A stretch of DNA of 64,000 bases from Antedon mediterranea. Its lineage: Eukaryota; Animalia; Echinodermata. The stretch spans positions 33,486,437 through 33,550,436 of the forward strand of contig NC_092672.1 in NCBI RefSeq assembly GCF_964355755.1, read 5' to 3'. The notes beneath the pieces are model-generated. The model saw only the letters and a program-made list of their open reading frames with translations. It was not told the origin of the DNA and searched no databases. Of this stretch, positions 13,795 through 26,900 are shown piece by piece (within the stretch, counting starts at the first letter, position 1; every line of letters begins with the position of its first letter). The translations under genes and the position numbers were made by a program.

Positions 13795-14813
13795 GGTTAT
13801 GTTTTAACCAGCTTACTCCTTACCCTCTGTACTCGTTTACGTAAATGATATTTATAATTATATAATATTACTATGGATCAACAAATTATGAACTATTTAG
13901 TTAATTATTAACAAAACTGGGTCCAAAGGTAGGCAGCCATCCATTTACACACCCATTCTTTATCATTCACATATATACGTCAATAATGAAGAGGCGGTTC
14001 ACCATACAAACGACGTCAATTAACCTATAGTATTATATTGTTTACTATACAAATCATATTGTATTCCTTCTGACCCACCACCCATACTCCATCCTCCAAC
14101 AACATCAACACGTAGGCCTACGCCATTGATAACCCTTACGATTTTTCAACACAGTCTCAGCACAATCTATGTATTTAGGGGATATTTTCATGTGAAATAG
14201 TATAGTGTACGAGGGGACATCCATGTTTCAACCCACGGTCAACCCAGAAAACACCTCTAATTAGTAAGGGGTAAACTTGTTTGGCCCCGAAGTGTTGCCA
14301 GTCTAAATAGGTAATCTCACCATTAAAGTTCTGCCTCAGTGCGCTTTATCATACAAATCTAAATTTGACTTTAACAAAAACACTTGTTCAAACAAACTTA
14401 TGACTACTTCAAATATAGGCCTACACTTACACCTGCTAAGTCAACTGGCTTTACTATAACATTTTTGTTTTTGTAAATGGTATTTTGTTTACGTTATTAG
14501 TTCACAATAATAACTTAATTATAACTCCTTTAACAACCATTTTTTACTCGGGGTACCCGAGTCTAGGTCTTACTCATTTTCTTCTCTTCTTCCTCCATCT
14601 GGACACTATTGAGTAAAAAGTGCGATTTTTAAAGTACTACTCCTCCCTTATTCGTTGTATTATTGAGCTGGGATTTGGCATGAACATACTACAGGGACAT
14701 GTCCTCAAAGCTATAGAGCCGGATTTTTAATTTTTTGTTAATTAATTTGTTTAATTAAGAAGCCACAATGTGTGACACACACCACAGCGTTATGTAGTTA
14801 TATGGTTATATGC

Positions 14814-14885
14814 GGATTCTTGGCGTAGTGGTTATCACGTTTGCTTAACACGCAGAAGGTACCTGGTTCGAGCCCGGACGAAACC
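14814..14885 (+). tRNA. tRNA-Val(AAC)-like, probably pseudogene
   Basis: A box TGGCGTAGTGG, anticodon arm TTTGC-TTAACAC-GCAGA, B box GGTTCGAGCCC, downstream T-run; two acceptor-stem mismatches and one T-stem mismatch. Confidence 0.7.
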
Positions 14886-15100
14886 TTTTTTTTTAAACTT
14901 TATGGTGAAAAGTACTGTATACGCAATATGATAATTATATACAGTATATCTTATTTTTATTATTTTTTTAAATACTTATTTTGTGTAATCGGTAATTATC
15001 ACTTTTACACATGTTTATTTTTCTTTGTGCTTATTACCATATTTATTTGTAATTTAAATGGATTAAAAAACTTTCTGTAACCCACATTTTTAGTGTAAGT

Positions 15101-15173
15101 GGTTTTCGTAGTGTAGTGGTTGTCAAGTCTGCTTAATCACGCAGAAGGTCCCGGTTCGAGCCCTGGCGAAACC
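15101..15173 (+). pseudogene. tRNA-Val-like pseudogene
   Basis: GGTTTTCGTAGTGTAGTGG...GGTTCGAGCCCTGGCGAAACC; extra base in the anticodon loop (TTAATCAC) and a D-stem mismatch. Confidence 0.7.
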
Positions 15174-15334
15174 TATTTTTCTTTTACTTTATGGTGAAAT
15201 AACTGTATACGTCTGTATACAGCTTCTTTCGCTGTACCCCGAGTATTGCACATTCGTACTTTTTTGTTAATTAATTTGTTTAATTCAGAAGCCACAATGT
15301 GTCACACACACCACAGCGTTATGTAGTTATATGC

Positions 15335-15406
15335 GGCTTCTTGGCGTAGTGGTTATCACGTTTGCTCAACACGCAGAAGGTACCTGGTTCGAGCCCGGGC
15401 TAAACC
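15335..15406 (+). pseudogene. tRNA-Val(AAC)-like pseudogene (duplicate of 14814-14885)
   Basis: Lies 521 bp downstream of copy 1; anticodon loop TCAACAC lacks U33; acceptor-stem mismatches. Confidence 0.7.
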
Positions 15407-15620
15407 TTTTTTTTTTAAACTTTATGGTGAAAAGTACTGTATACGCAATATGATAATTATACAGAGTATATCTTATTTTTATTATTTTTTAAAATACTTA
15501 TTTTGTGTAATCGGTAATTATCACTTTTACACATGTTTATTTTGCTTTGTGCTTATTACCATTTATTTGTAATTTAAATGGATTAAAAAACTTTCTGTAA
15601 CCCACATTTTTAATGTAAGA

Positions 15621-15691
15621 GGTTTCGTAGTGTAGTGGTTGTCAAGTCTGCTTAACACACAGAAGGTCCCGGTTCGAGCCCTGGCGAAACC
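15621..15691 (+). tRNA. tRNA-Val(AAC)-like, probably pseudogene (duplicate of 15101-15173)
   Basis: Perfect acceptor stem GGTTTCG/CGAAACC, anticodon AAC, intact A and B boxes; single mismatches in the D, anticodon and T stems. Confidence 0.7.
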
Positions 15692-16721
15692 TATTTTTCT
15701 TTAACTTTCTAACTGTATACGTCTGTATACAGCTTCTTTCGTCTGTACCCCGAGTATTGCACATTCGTGCTTGTTCTTATTTCATTATGCTCATCATTGT
15801 AATTTTATAAAAAAAAATTGTTTGATGCTTTGTAATAACAGTCACGAGGTTTGTTACTGATGTATTGCCATCATTTGTTGTTGCCTGGTTCATTAAAAAT
15901 AAACAGACGATTGGGAATTATGTATTTATAAATGTGTTAGATAAATGTTATTTAATTATGATAATGATTGTATCATTTATTATTTTGGTAACACTTGAAA
16001 GTGTCTAGAATAATGGCCTACGTGATGCAAATGAACTTAGTAAGGACAGTCACCTCTGCAACTCTAGTAAACTTTACTACATTATAGCTGTTCGTTTATT
16101 TACCTAGATAACTGAATTCCATATTGCAATGACAGTTCCCATGATCCATCGCGTCGCGATTGATCAAAATACTTGCGACGCGCTAGCGTCATTTGCGTTG
16201 CGTCCAGCGCAAATGAGTTCACCAATCACATGACCACACCAATAATGATTTGTCAATTTACCGGTACTTACGATGCACTTACGTCCAAGTATAACCAGGC
16301 TTTTAATGTATAAAATGTTAACAAATTGCAGAATGTAATTAAACATTAAGAAGAAAGATGGAATACATCAGTCGATCTGTCTCAACGTATACTGTACATT
16401 TTGGTTTAAACTTTGACATTTGGTTTAACCTTTGAGACCGTTTACTTCCTGTATGTTGTATGTTAATTTACATTATTACATTACATAACATTACTCTTAA
16501 TCTTTTACGACGAGAATTCAATCTCATAAGAGCATCGATACGATAAATTGTAGAAATAAAAAATTACGGTAGATATTACTGATTATTGATTATGGATAGC
16601 GCCTCATAGCGTGTCGTATGTATTTCACGACATGCTTACGTGATCCAAATGATAACATATGGACATTTAACCTGACATCACGTGTTTCTGTATGATATTC
16701 CCCTAGTATATCGATGCTTAC

Positions 16722-16844
16722 CTTCTGACCAATTTCTTGCTGGCTGGTGTAAACCCTGCCGCCGGGCGTTACGTTAGGTTGAACGAATGAATTACTACCT
16801 TTCCGCTCTCTAAGCCCAACGTAAGTGTACCCATCCGTAGACAT
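16722..16844 (-). CDS. Probable alternative first coding exon of GLUT-1x (41 aa; gives a ~524 aa isoform)
   Basis: MSTDGYTYVGLRERKGSNSFVQPNVTPGGRVYTSQQEIGQK, ending at AAG|GTAAGC; phase 0 donor compatible with the exon 12606-12707 acceptor. Confidence 0.55.
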
Positions 16845-18259
16845 GTTTTTATAGCGTTGTGTATAATACAGTTGTAACATGCACGGTATTAAGATACAAT
16901 AGTATCTTTATGACACCTTTGATTAAATATTATATGATCGTTATCGGATTCGGAAGCAATGTATCAGCCGTAGACCATGCATTGGAAGCATGTTGTACGC
17001 CATGTCTATAGTAATCATCGTTACATTGGTCTAATTTTATACCTTCATGGTTGAACAACATTCAAAATGTTTGGCCAAGCCAATATGACATAGGCCTCTA
17101 TAAATCTGAAATAGTTCAATTAATTTCATTTCAACTTTAATTTCGGGACAAACTATACATATGAAACATATACACAAACAAAAGAAAAGAAACACACTTG
17201 ATTCTGTTACAACCATCAATAAAGGTGAGGAAGAGAAGACCAAGAATTGTCAATTGACATGCCTCTCCATTTATAATACATTCTGGAATCAGTAACGCAG
17301 AGGTCTGATTCCCCTGGTTTAGGAGCCTTAAGTGGCCTTCCAACGCTGGAGCCCTCGGAAATGTTTAGCCTATTTCCACATATAATGTTAATGCCTGTTC
17401 CTCTGAGCACTGCTCAGGGGCCCCATAAGCTCCGGGGCCCTGGGTTTAGCCAGTGAGTGCTCACAAGCCTTACGCCACTTTCTTAAATCCATCATTATAA
17501 TTACTGTTGTTTCAAGCTATTTAAAACTAACGGCTGTACATGGGTTTTGTTAACAGGGCCTCGATCGTAGCATACCAGTGGTCATAGCATCATAGGATAG
17601 GTTAGCTGTCGACAGCTCGTAGTTATTTGTACGTGGAAGAAAAAGTCATCTCGAGAAAATTAGGCCTACTATACTGTCAAGCGTACACATTTCCCAACGA
17701 CATGACGTCATGGATTGATAATAATGAAAGATAAGTACAAAAATAAATAATACACACATATACATACACCACATGCATTATACATTTTTTGAAAATCCAA
17801 ATGCAAAATCACTGAAAAATGACAAGGCTTTTGTTTGTTTTAGTTGCATGTACATTCGAGTCTCAATAATTCTACAACAAACTATCAAAGTAAAAAGGTT
17901 ATCTTTAATAAATGTTTTGTATAATAAAACAAAAATGACAATGCTTTTGTTTGTTTTAGTTGCATGTACATTCGAGTCACATTCTACAACAAACATTCAA
18001 AGTAAAAAGATTATCTTTAATAAATGTAACCCAAATTTGTTATCTGCTGCATAGGGGCCTACGTGTAAAGTAAGCCCTAGGATAATAACCTCTGTCAATC
18101 TTCAATATATGAGTGATACTATACCAAAGACGAAATGAATGCAATCAGTCTGAGCATGCATAAAAATCAATCGCAAATTTAGATAAATTAAAACATAAAT
18201 TAAAAAAAATAAATTAAAAAAAATCAATCGCCGTTGTGCAAGTTGCTTTTCATGACTTA

Positions 18260-18374
18260 AGCTCTGTCTCAAAAATGTGATGTGCCCATATGGACATGGA
18301 TGATTGTCATCACTACCATATTTGGGCACATCACACTTTTTTGTCACATAAAATTTGATAGTGTAGACAGAGCT
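18260..18374. mobile_element. H1 MITE with internal deletion
   Basis: TTA|AGCTCTGTCT...GTGTAGACAGAGCT|TTA. Confidence 0.75.
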
Positions 18375-18539
18375 TTACACAATTTTAGAATTATGTGTAG
18401 TCAGCTATTATCTATTGATTGGCAAATTATATGCTGCTTGTTGCTTTCCAATCATTTCAATATTTTAAATTATTTGATTGTGAATCAGTCATAATCATTA
18501 TCAGGTTTATCATCGTTATTGAACACCATCATCCGGGTC

Positions 18540-18620
18540 TTCATGTCATCATCATCATCATGGTCATCATTATCATCATCATCATGGTCATCATTATAAT
18601 AATAATAATAACAACAACTT
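18540..18620. repeat. (ATC)n/(ATA)n microsatellite
   Basis: Direct trinucleotide repeats. Confidence 0.85.
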
Positions 18621-19175
18621 TATTTAAAAACTGATACATCACTTTGAATCACCAGATTGGTGTTTTTCATTATAAAAGTATTTACACAAGTTATCATTTA
18701 CAGTAAATGATTTAAAAACTATAAAAAAAAAATCAAAAAAGAGACACAACTGATACAGTTAAAAAATACAGTTCATGAAAAACATAAGAGTTTCAGGTAT
18801 ATTTTATCTTTGGTAATACATTATTTATTCACGCTGCTGCTCTAATTGAGTATTCACTTCTGTAACAAAAAATAATATTTATTCACATATAAAAAGAGAA
18901 AAGAAAACCAAAAACCATTGTCTGACAGACAATTAAGTATTTGTTGCTTTAAATTACATTTTGTTCAGGTAAAATAACTATTATGTGACAATAAAATGAC
19001 ACATTCAAAAACATTTGAAATAAAAAATATTTTTCAATAAGCGAGCAGCGTTTTTTGTAAGAAATATTTCTTGTTGAAATATATGCCTATGTGTATTAGG
19101 AGCTGTAATTGCATTTGAGTTTATATCATTTAAACTATTCCATAGCTTTGCGCCAGAATACGAGAAACTTTTCTT
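18620..19175 (-). mobile_element. Degenerate 3' fragment of a CR1/L2-group LINE
   Basis: Minus strand near 19110-19170 encodes SFSYSGAKLWNSL, typical of the ORF2 C-terminus. Confidence 0.55.
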
Positions 19176-20189
19176 TTTTTTTCTTTATACCCAGTGATCA
19201 TTACCTATTGCATTGGTAAAAAAAAGTATAATTATTGTTAAAAGTGTAATTAAACGTTAGTAAGTAGTATTGGTAATTGCTACTCAGTATGCATTAAGAA
19301 TTAGTATTGTAGCCACCTACCGTGTGTTTGTAAAAGTTATATCCAAGTTATTATAGAGGGCGCAATATGTGAATATGTCGTGACGTATCATCATCAGGGT
19401 GTGAGTGTAAATACACAGCTTTTGAACAATGCAATACTGTACGGTAAATTATACTTGGCAACCGTCCCCCAACAAGTGCACTAAACAAATCGGGGTACTT
19501 AAACTTAAGCCTTTCTTAGGCCCCAACATACTCAACATAGGCCTATAAACGTTAGTCATTAAACAAATATATCGTTTTGATTTAGTTTTTCGCTTTTTTT
19601 TTTTTATCTCCATTGAGATCCAGTCACTGATACCCACAGCATTGTCATTTTTTCAGTAATTTGCCTTTGGATTTGTATATATATAAACACATTAGGCAAT
19701 GAACATTAATTCGAAACCGCCCGGTGATATACTGAAATTTAAATAATTAATTTGAAACGATAAAGATGAGGAAATCTGGGAGAATGAGAAAAAGTCGTCC
19801 CAACCGAGAGTATATTTAATAATAATAATTTAGTTTTAACATGAAAATTACCGCACAATTATCAAAATTTAATAATAAAATCGGTAGAATAAAATACAAA
19901 ACATTAATTTAAATTCGAATTTAGTAAATGAGGAAAACCAAAAAAGGGGTGAACACGAATCTGAAAGACGATCGAGGGGCGTTCGAAAGATTGATCACAG
20001 TTTTTAGTTAGTTACAATAATATAGGTAGGCATATGCTTAAAATGTAAATGCCTATACCATTCCAAAGCTTATATAATATATTATTTTATTATAAGAATA
20101 TGAACATGAAGCAACGCCGCGAATGATTGAATAATATCGCCGAACCATGCAAAATAAAACGACAAACGAAACTCAATTATTCTACAAGC

Positions 20190-20399
20190 ATTAACTGCTG
20201 ATCTAACTGATGACGTCATGTAACCGACGGCCAATGAGACGACAGGCGCTGTCGTAATCTGCTTTCGAAGCGGACGTGACGACGCCCGTCGAGGTCGAGA
20301 AAACAAGGACGCGGATTACGTGTGTATTCAGCGATACGAACACACACAACGAAGGATCGACCGGGACAGCCGCCATTACAATCGCTTGTCGTAGATAAG
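20190..20399 (+). promoter_or_regulatory. Probable promoter and non-coding first exon of the SAND-SAM gene
   Basis: Local CpG-rich island; CRE TGACGTCA at 20211-20218; CCAAT at ~20232; strong donor AAG|GTAAGT at 20399/20400. The first coding exon has an acceptor directly before its ATG, so an upstream exon is implied. Confidence 0.55.
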
Positions 20400-22916
20400 G
20401 TAAGTAGCTCTAAGCTTCGCTATTATTCTACTCTGTAAGTATCACTCTAAGTTACGACTTTTCGTACGGATGTTAAGCACACGGCAGTGTCCCTTTAAGT
20501 ACAGTTTCTATTAGTATTATAGGCCTACAACTGGTGCTAGTAAAACTTGTTCAAAAGGCTATTATGCCTTGTTAGCGTGTTTCCTTGATTTTAATATGGA
20601 TCGCTGGCCATGGATCGCCTGCTTCCCGCCTTGACGACCGAACAATAGGTCACTTATTGTTTGCTACGGCCTGGAATTTAGGCTGTCGGTAGATACTATT
20701 TATATGTCGGTAGATACTATTTATATGAATGTTCAACTCCCTCTGTATCTACATCATACCGATCTATATTTGAATATATCGATAACTCCACTGTTGGTAT
20801 AGTACAGTCTGTACAATTCATATCCTGTAAATAATGCTGTAGGCATATACACCCTTTTCCCAACTCAGCACATGGACTATATTATATCAGGGAGGTAATA
20901 TACCTTCCTGATTATATGGTGTAGGTTATATACATTGAGGTGTTATTAATTATTATTTTAAATAATAAATTCTCTAAATAAGCTAAGGTTTTTTTCTGTT
21001 GCCAACAAAAGTCCCCATTTACGAATTCCGCCTATCTGGTTGTGTTTCGTCTGCGCAGATAAATTTAACGCAGACTACTACTTTTTTTTCTGGAATAGGG
21101 GGTGGTGGTATGGGATGTACCCCGCCGGGGAGTAAAGACAAATTTAAACTGAATGTTCCTCATGTGATTTAGTATACAGTATTAGTACCGGTGTTACGTT
21201 TGTGTGTAATGAATAACACAGCTCAAGGAAAAATAATATTCTCTATAAATGATATCACTTACTATTTCGGATTTCAATAATTGTCTAGGTCAAAAGGCAC
21301 ACTGTATTTGGTATATTTAACTAATCATGCAATTTGTTTTTTTTTAAATTTACGGCTATTAATATTAGCAACAGAAGATCCGGTATACATAATACGTTTT
21401 CCAGTTCCTTATTTCCTTCGTGTCGTTACGGAAGTCTACCAACAGCCGGCTACGTTTGTCATTCCAGAGAGATATTATTAATATTTCTATGGTCATTCCC
21501 ATGCAATGATCTCTATTTTATTATCATTGAGCCCCTCGCTATTGCTTTAAAACACATGACGCATTCCTTACCATTGTCCGTGCCTTTTGTTAGCCCGTCG
21601 AATAATGACCGATTGTTCGTGCCTAGTCTTTCCGGTGTTATGCTAATTTAGGTATAAATACTGGCATTATATCGGGCATTATATATTATTCTATAGGCCT
21701 AAAAGGGTGAGGGTAGGCCTGGTGTGATAGCAGTTAATGTTTGTCGGGGTCATGCAGTAGTAGGCCTACACCCTTTACCTCCACGGATCACCCTGAAACT
21801 TGAGGCTTATTATTGAGTAAGCCTACACCTATATTACATTTGAGAAAATTGTTTATATTTCTATATAGTTTTTGATTTGGTTGCTACATGATCTAGGGGC
21901 CTTGCTTCACACTTCCGGCGTATTTTTTAAAAAGGCGAAGTGATTGAATTTTTAATCTCCCTGCTTGTTAAACGCTTTACTGTACACCATGTACCATCAT
22001 AATATGCAGTAATCAAAACTACCCTGTTACTTAATTGATTATCGATTATTGATAATCAAACTTTTCAATTGAAGATGCCACAGTCCACAATGTAAATGTT
22101 AACTATTAGCCTTCTTGTCAGCAATTAAATGACATACTATAGTATTACCATGGGCCACCACGCGTTTGCACTGACCTATAATGAAAGGTGGTGGCGCAGC
22201 CCTACTTAGACCTACGTAAATCATGTGCATTTGAAACTTTCCTCAAATGGGATATAAAGTGCGCGTGTAAATTACTCAGCCAGGAGCACCTTATGTGGGT
22301 CGTTTGAAGGCTGCTGGTTGCCGTATTGGAAACACCAATGCTTGCGTGACTCGTTATAGAAAAAGCTTGGCTGTGGATAGTTTATAAGGCTTCCTCAGGA
22401 TATTGTCTAATTTAGCATTTAACAGTCAGACTTCCTATTCGTTGTAGAAAAACCAAAATATTTTCAACAGTTTGCGGCATCAACGATGTAAGCGATCGCC
22501 CTGCTGGTGCAGCCTTCATCAGGCTAACTCTCGCGGCCTAGTTTTTCCCCACTCGTAATTGAATGAATTGCTTAAGCCCCTCAAAACGTACCAATTGCTG
22601 TAGCCAGGGATGTTTAATAATAACGTCATGGTCTGTACTACGAACAAAAACAAAGAGCACAGTATATTTCGTGGTTTAAAGACGTCGCGTACTTACTGTA
22701 CAAACTTCGTGTTCATTGGTTCAAATCCTACACAAGTAATATAAGATTTACTAATACTTTAGCCACGACCACACTATGTTTCAGAATTATAGATTTAGTG
22801 CGCTTTGATGTACTGATGTACATCCTAATAATTCGTCGCTGTTGCATTTTTTCATTAAAAACAAAGCGTGGCTACAGAATGTGTACCCCCAGCCACGATG
22901 CGCGGTTGGAAGTTAG

Positions 22917-23104
22917 GCTTGGTTCCCACTAGCGACGCAACGTAACGCAATCTACGCAACGTAACAACATGCCCTTCAAATAATTACGTGAAATCAAACA
23001 TTCGATGTTTGCAGCACTGTTGCGTCGTCGGCTCCCACTTGTGAATACGCAATAGGCCTACAGATTACGTCAATACGTCGTTGCGTCGCTAGTGGGAATC
23101 ACGC
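22917..23104. mobile_element. MITE family H2 (TIR (A/G)GCTTGGTTCCCACTAG), PIF/Harbinger-like
   Basis: TIR-bounded; related copies at ~4928, 26148-26275, 30691-30821, 33028-33171, 43600-43730 and 54440-54515. Confidence 0.7.
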
Positions 23105-23913
23105 AAACAAGTAATTCGATACCAGCAAAGGTTACGGTACCTTAATAACTAATTAATATTGTTTTTACGCACAAAACACGTTATCTTTGTAGGCTACTTT
23201 ATCTGTGAATGTAGGCCTACTTTGAATTATGCTTAAATATTTTTCATTTGAATCGTATTATTTCACCTATTTTTTACATCGGTTTCTAGCCATACAAAGT
23301 GATTCATTCATTAGCCAAGCTTCTCGCGTCAAAGACACTTCGACGGCGCATATCCTGACCGGAGATCCGTTAGGTCGCTGGAGTAATTGCCTTTGATGTT
23401 TTGGCAGCGGTGGTGCGGATGAGATAAATAGACTAGGCCTAGTAATACCCGGCAAGGGCTCGGGGCTAGCTCTGATGAGGCGCTGGCCGATTCACGCAAA
23501 CGTAATAAAGTTCACAGACTGTGAATTATATGACGTATTTTTAAACTTGCTCTTTTTAGACTGCTGCATTGAAAACGAGTGCGCTACACTAAAAAAATGT
23601 CAATGGTCCCAGGTACCGCCCACCACCCACCACCTCTAATAAATAGGGATATTAAACCGTGAATCGATGTAAATATTATAATTGTATTATAATGAACAAT
23701 TATGTACATGGTCACGACGAATGTTTGGGACGTTTAATGGCGTACGTTGTACAATATTTTTTTCATAAATTCGTGAATATAATTTGTTCAGATCTTGATT
23801 GTACAGTAAAAAGTTCATGTAAAGGAAATGTTTCCAATCGAAATATGTGACATAATTTGTGACGGCATAATTACGATTTTTATTTTAAGTTATTGTTAAA
23901 ATCCTTTTTACAG

Positions 23914-26900
23914 ATGGCAGTAGCGATAAAATCAGAAGTTCTAGACGAAGAACGATACGTTAGTATTTTTCTCTTATAAATTAATTCATCATCATTAATT
24001 AAGTTCTTTGAATGCCTATGGCATTGGACATTATACAGTAAGCATACAATGCATGAGAAATATACTACTGTATATTATCGCCCTGTGGAAGGTATTGATG
24101 CCGTCCCTGTGTGACTGGTAGATGGCCTAACCAGGGAGGTGTACTGTACACATATTATTACACCTACCTTATTGCTATACGTCCCTGGCCTAACGCTGTC
24201 TCTTGTCTGTGACATAATACATAGACTGGGTGCATCATATATTATCATGTTATCCCGAATATTTATTTAATAAAAAAAAAATAAAAATACATATTCTCAT
24301 TGATATAAATTATTCATCTGCATGTAAATATATATATATATACCGGTACTGTGTTTTTTTAAAATAATTTTTGTAATGATTTCGTTCACTTAATAGATGA
24401 CCGTTGAGATTCGACCAGATGAAACGGCAAATAATGGCTGTGCACCGTCGTCGGAGCTCTCTGAGATCCACAACCAATTTGACACAACTAAAAACGGGCA
24501 TGACGTCAGGGACTATATAAATGATGACGAACCATTAGATGAAAATGTTGTTGATCTAAACAATTTGGAAGATTCAACGATTGACTATTCTGGTACGGCG
24601 GGAAATTCGATATCGGATGAAGCCATGGTAAATAGATTATTATCATCACTATCATCATCATTTAATTTCAATTTAGTATCATTTTCATATAGTATATACA
24701 GTAACATAATTGTCTTGCTCTAAGACTTTAACAAAATAAAGACTCTCTTCCATTGCGAGTATTCGCGCAAATCGAACATTCTTGAATTGTTGGTTGCGCA
24801 TGTTCAATGTCACTAAAAGTAGATGGAATTATTAATACGCATTTGTGAACACTATCGATTATTCGCGAGAATAAATTCGTCTAGTGGAAAAACAGTAAAA
24901 ACCCTCGACAAAATATTATTATATTTTTATTAATATTATAATCATAACAATAAATATTTTTAAAATATATAAAATATTATTTATCGCATAATATGCAGTG
25001 TAGGATAATTATTTAATATACAAAATCATTACACCCAACCACGCCTACTATCTTCATCTCCTATATGCGGAATATCGTTTGGATAATAGAACAATTAATC
25101 ATACATCTACAGTACACATAATCAAGCATCGTATACTCTATCTCTAACAATATTTCAATCTTCTATCGACTAAAGCTGAAGTATAGTCGTTATCTCGGAA
25201 CCGTCCTATGGTTACCACCAGGTAGGCTTGCTTCATCAAGGCTTCTATGAATGGATGTACTGGTTGGGAGCAGAAAATCTAGTAGACCAAACCCAGCACC
25301 GTTTTGATTACGATCAATCGGGAAATTACCTCACAAAAATATATATGGCCACGCTATCTTTTTTGTACATTTAGTACTCTAATCGTTGCTGGATAGTAGA
25401 AACATAATTATTATTTCCAACATGCATGCTTCGTTCATACTTTATATTTTCATTTATTTCGTTAACAATTCGTCCAAAAACCAACAGCGATGAGAACCAA
25501 CACTTTAGGCTACAGCAGAAACATAAAAATAACACATGTTTATCAATAAATCTTGTACTAAAAGTCTATATAGAAAATCACGTCATCATAGTGGATATTA
25601 TTTAGGCCCACATAGACCATGGTAGGCTATTATAAGTGGTAACGGCAATAATGCACTGAAGATCACAAAAACGTAGGCCTATACAAAAAGAAAATAATGT
25701 TAGGCCTACAGTATATCTATCAGATTTTGGTTATTGCATATCAATCTTATATCAAATTTTATCATACGCACAAGGTATGTGCACCACATTGGAATTAACA
25801 TCAACAACTCTCGTCACGTTTTATGCTGGATATGGTTTGTACATATTCCATAACAATTCCTTAATATGACTTGACCTAGGCTCCTAAAACACATTACTTT
25901 CGTTTTGAAGCGACGGCGGCAGCAAAAGGACCCGCAGGCTTAACGATGTTTCCGCCCATTCGATGATGAAACCTCAGCTGTGATATTTTATTGGTTTCTA
26001 TTTTCGGGCTTAGATTATTCTCAATCATTTTTAAACATAAGGAAATAGGTGTCGCCCTTGATTTAAGTGATTATTGATGAAACAGTCGCAAAAATAATCG
26101 ATCGCAAAAAATAAACGATTACGGTCACAGCGAATAATTAGAGGTAAGCTTGGTTGCCACTAGAGACGCGACGTATATGCAAAATGATTTGACCAATCAC
26201 AAGCGATGGATTATTCGAGCAGTGGCTTGTCATTGGTCTACGTCTTGCGTTGCGTCATAGTGTGGGAACCAAGCTGTAGCCTAAATGTCTTATGTTGTGA
26301 GTTCAAAGTTTCTTTTTATAATCTCTGGTCAAACCCGACATAGGCAGACTTTCAACATTTCCATAATTCACCATTGTTATACAATATCACAATCTAATTG
26401 CTGACTGTCATCTGTCAAATTACCGGATATTATCCAATCAAAATGAACGCACGGCACAATTATTAAACTCAATTAATGCTCTTCTGATGACTTCAGTCCT
26501 AGATTTATTATAAATCTAAATAAACCCAATGTTTTATTGTTTTACAACACTAAAGTGGGCAATCAGACTAATTTATGCCAACTTAATATAACTTTAGTAT
26601 AAAAGTGTTACTGTTGCTTGCCACCTTGGTTAGTTACTTCTCTCACAAAACGAATGAGGGCAGGCTTCGGGAGACGGTTAAAACATAAATATGTAAACAA
26701 TACTATAATATATGAATAACATTGTGTTGCCCTTTGTAAACATGACTATGAGGCAGGTGTCTTGTTTCTAAAGTAATATCATTAAAATACGTTAAATTCG
26801 AGTTCTTCTTTAAAGGAAATAATAGTCTCTTATTTATAGAGTCGATTCTATGTCGTATTAAAAGAATCAATTAGCGAAAAGAATTAAGTTATTTTAGAGA

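Larger units (their letters stand above)
14541..15775 (+). mobile_element. Non-autonomous Helentron-like element (HINE/DINE-1 architecture) containing a duplicated tRNA-Val pair
   Basis: T-run, subTIR TACTCGGGGTAC (14545-14556) with adjacent short inverted repeat, CT-rich microsatellite (14581-14600); exact reverse-complement subTIR GTACCCCGAGTA (15745-15756), GCAC-ATTC-GTGC hairpin and TTGTT end; an internal copy of the 3' end at 15234-15260. Confidence 0.65.

Noticed and set aside
14814-15691. Functional tRNA-Val gene cluster
   Set aside because: Every copy has stem mismatches or loop defects, and the set is enclosed by transposon-like termini; treated as probable pseudogenes.
23470-23505. 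CTGATGA-GGC-GCTG-GCC hammerhead-like start
   Set aside because: Followed by GATT instead of GAAA; no stems I or III.
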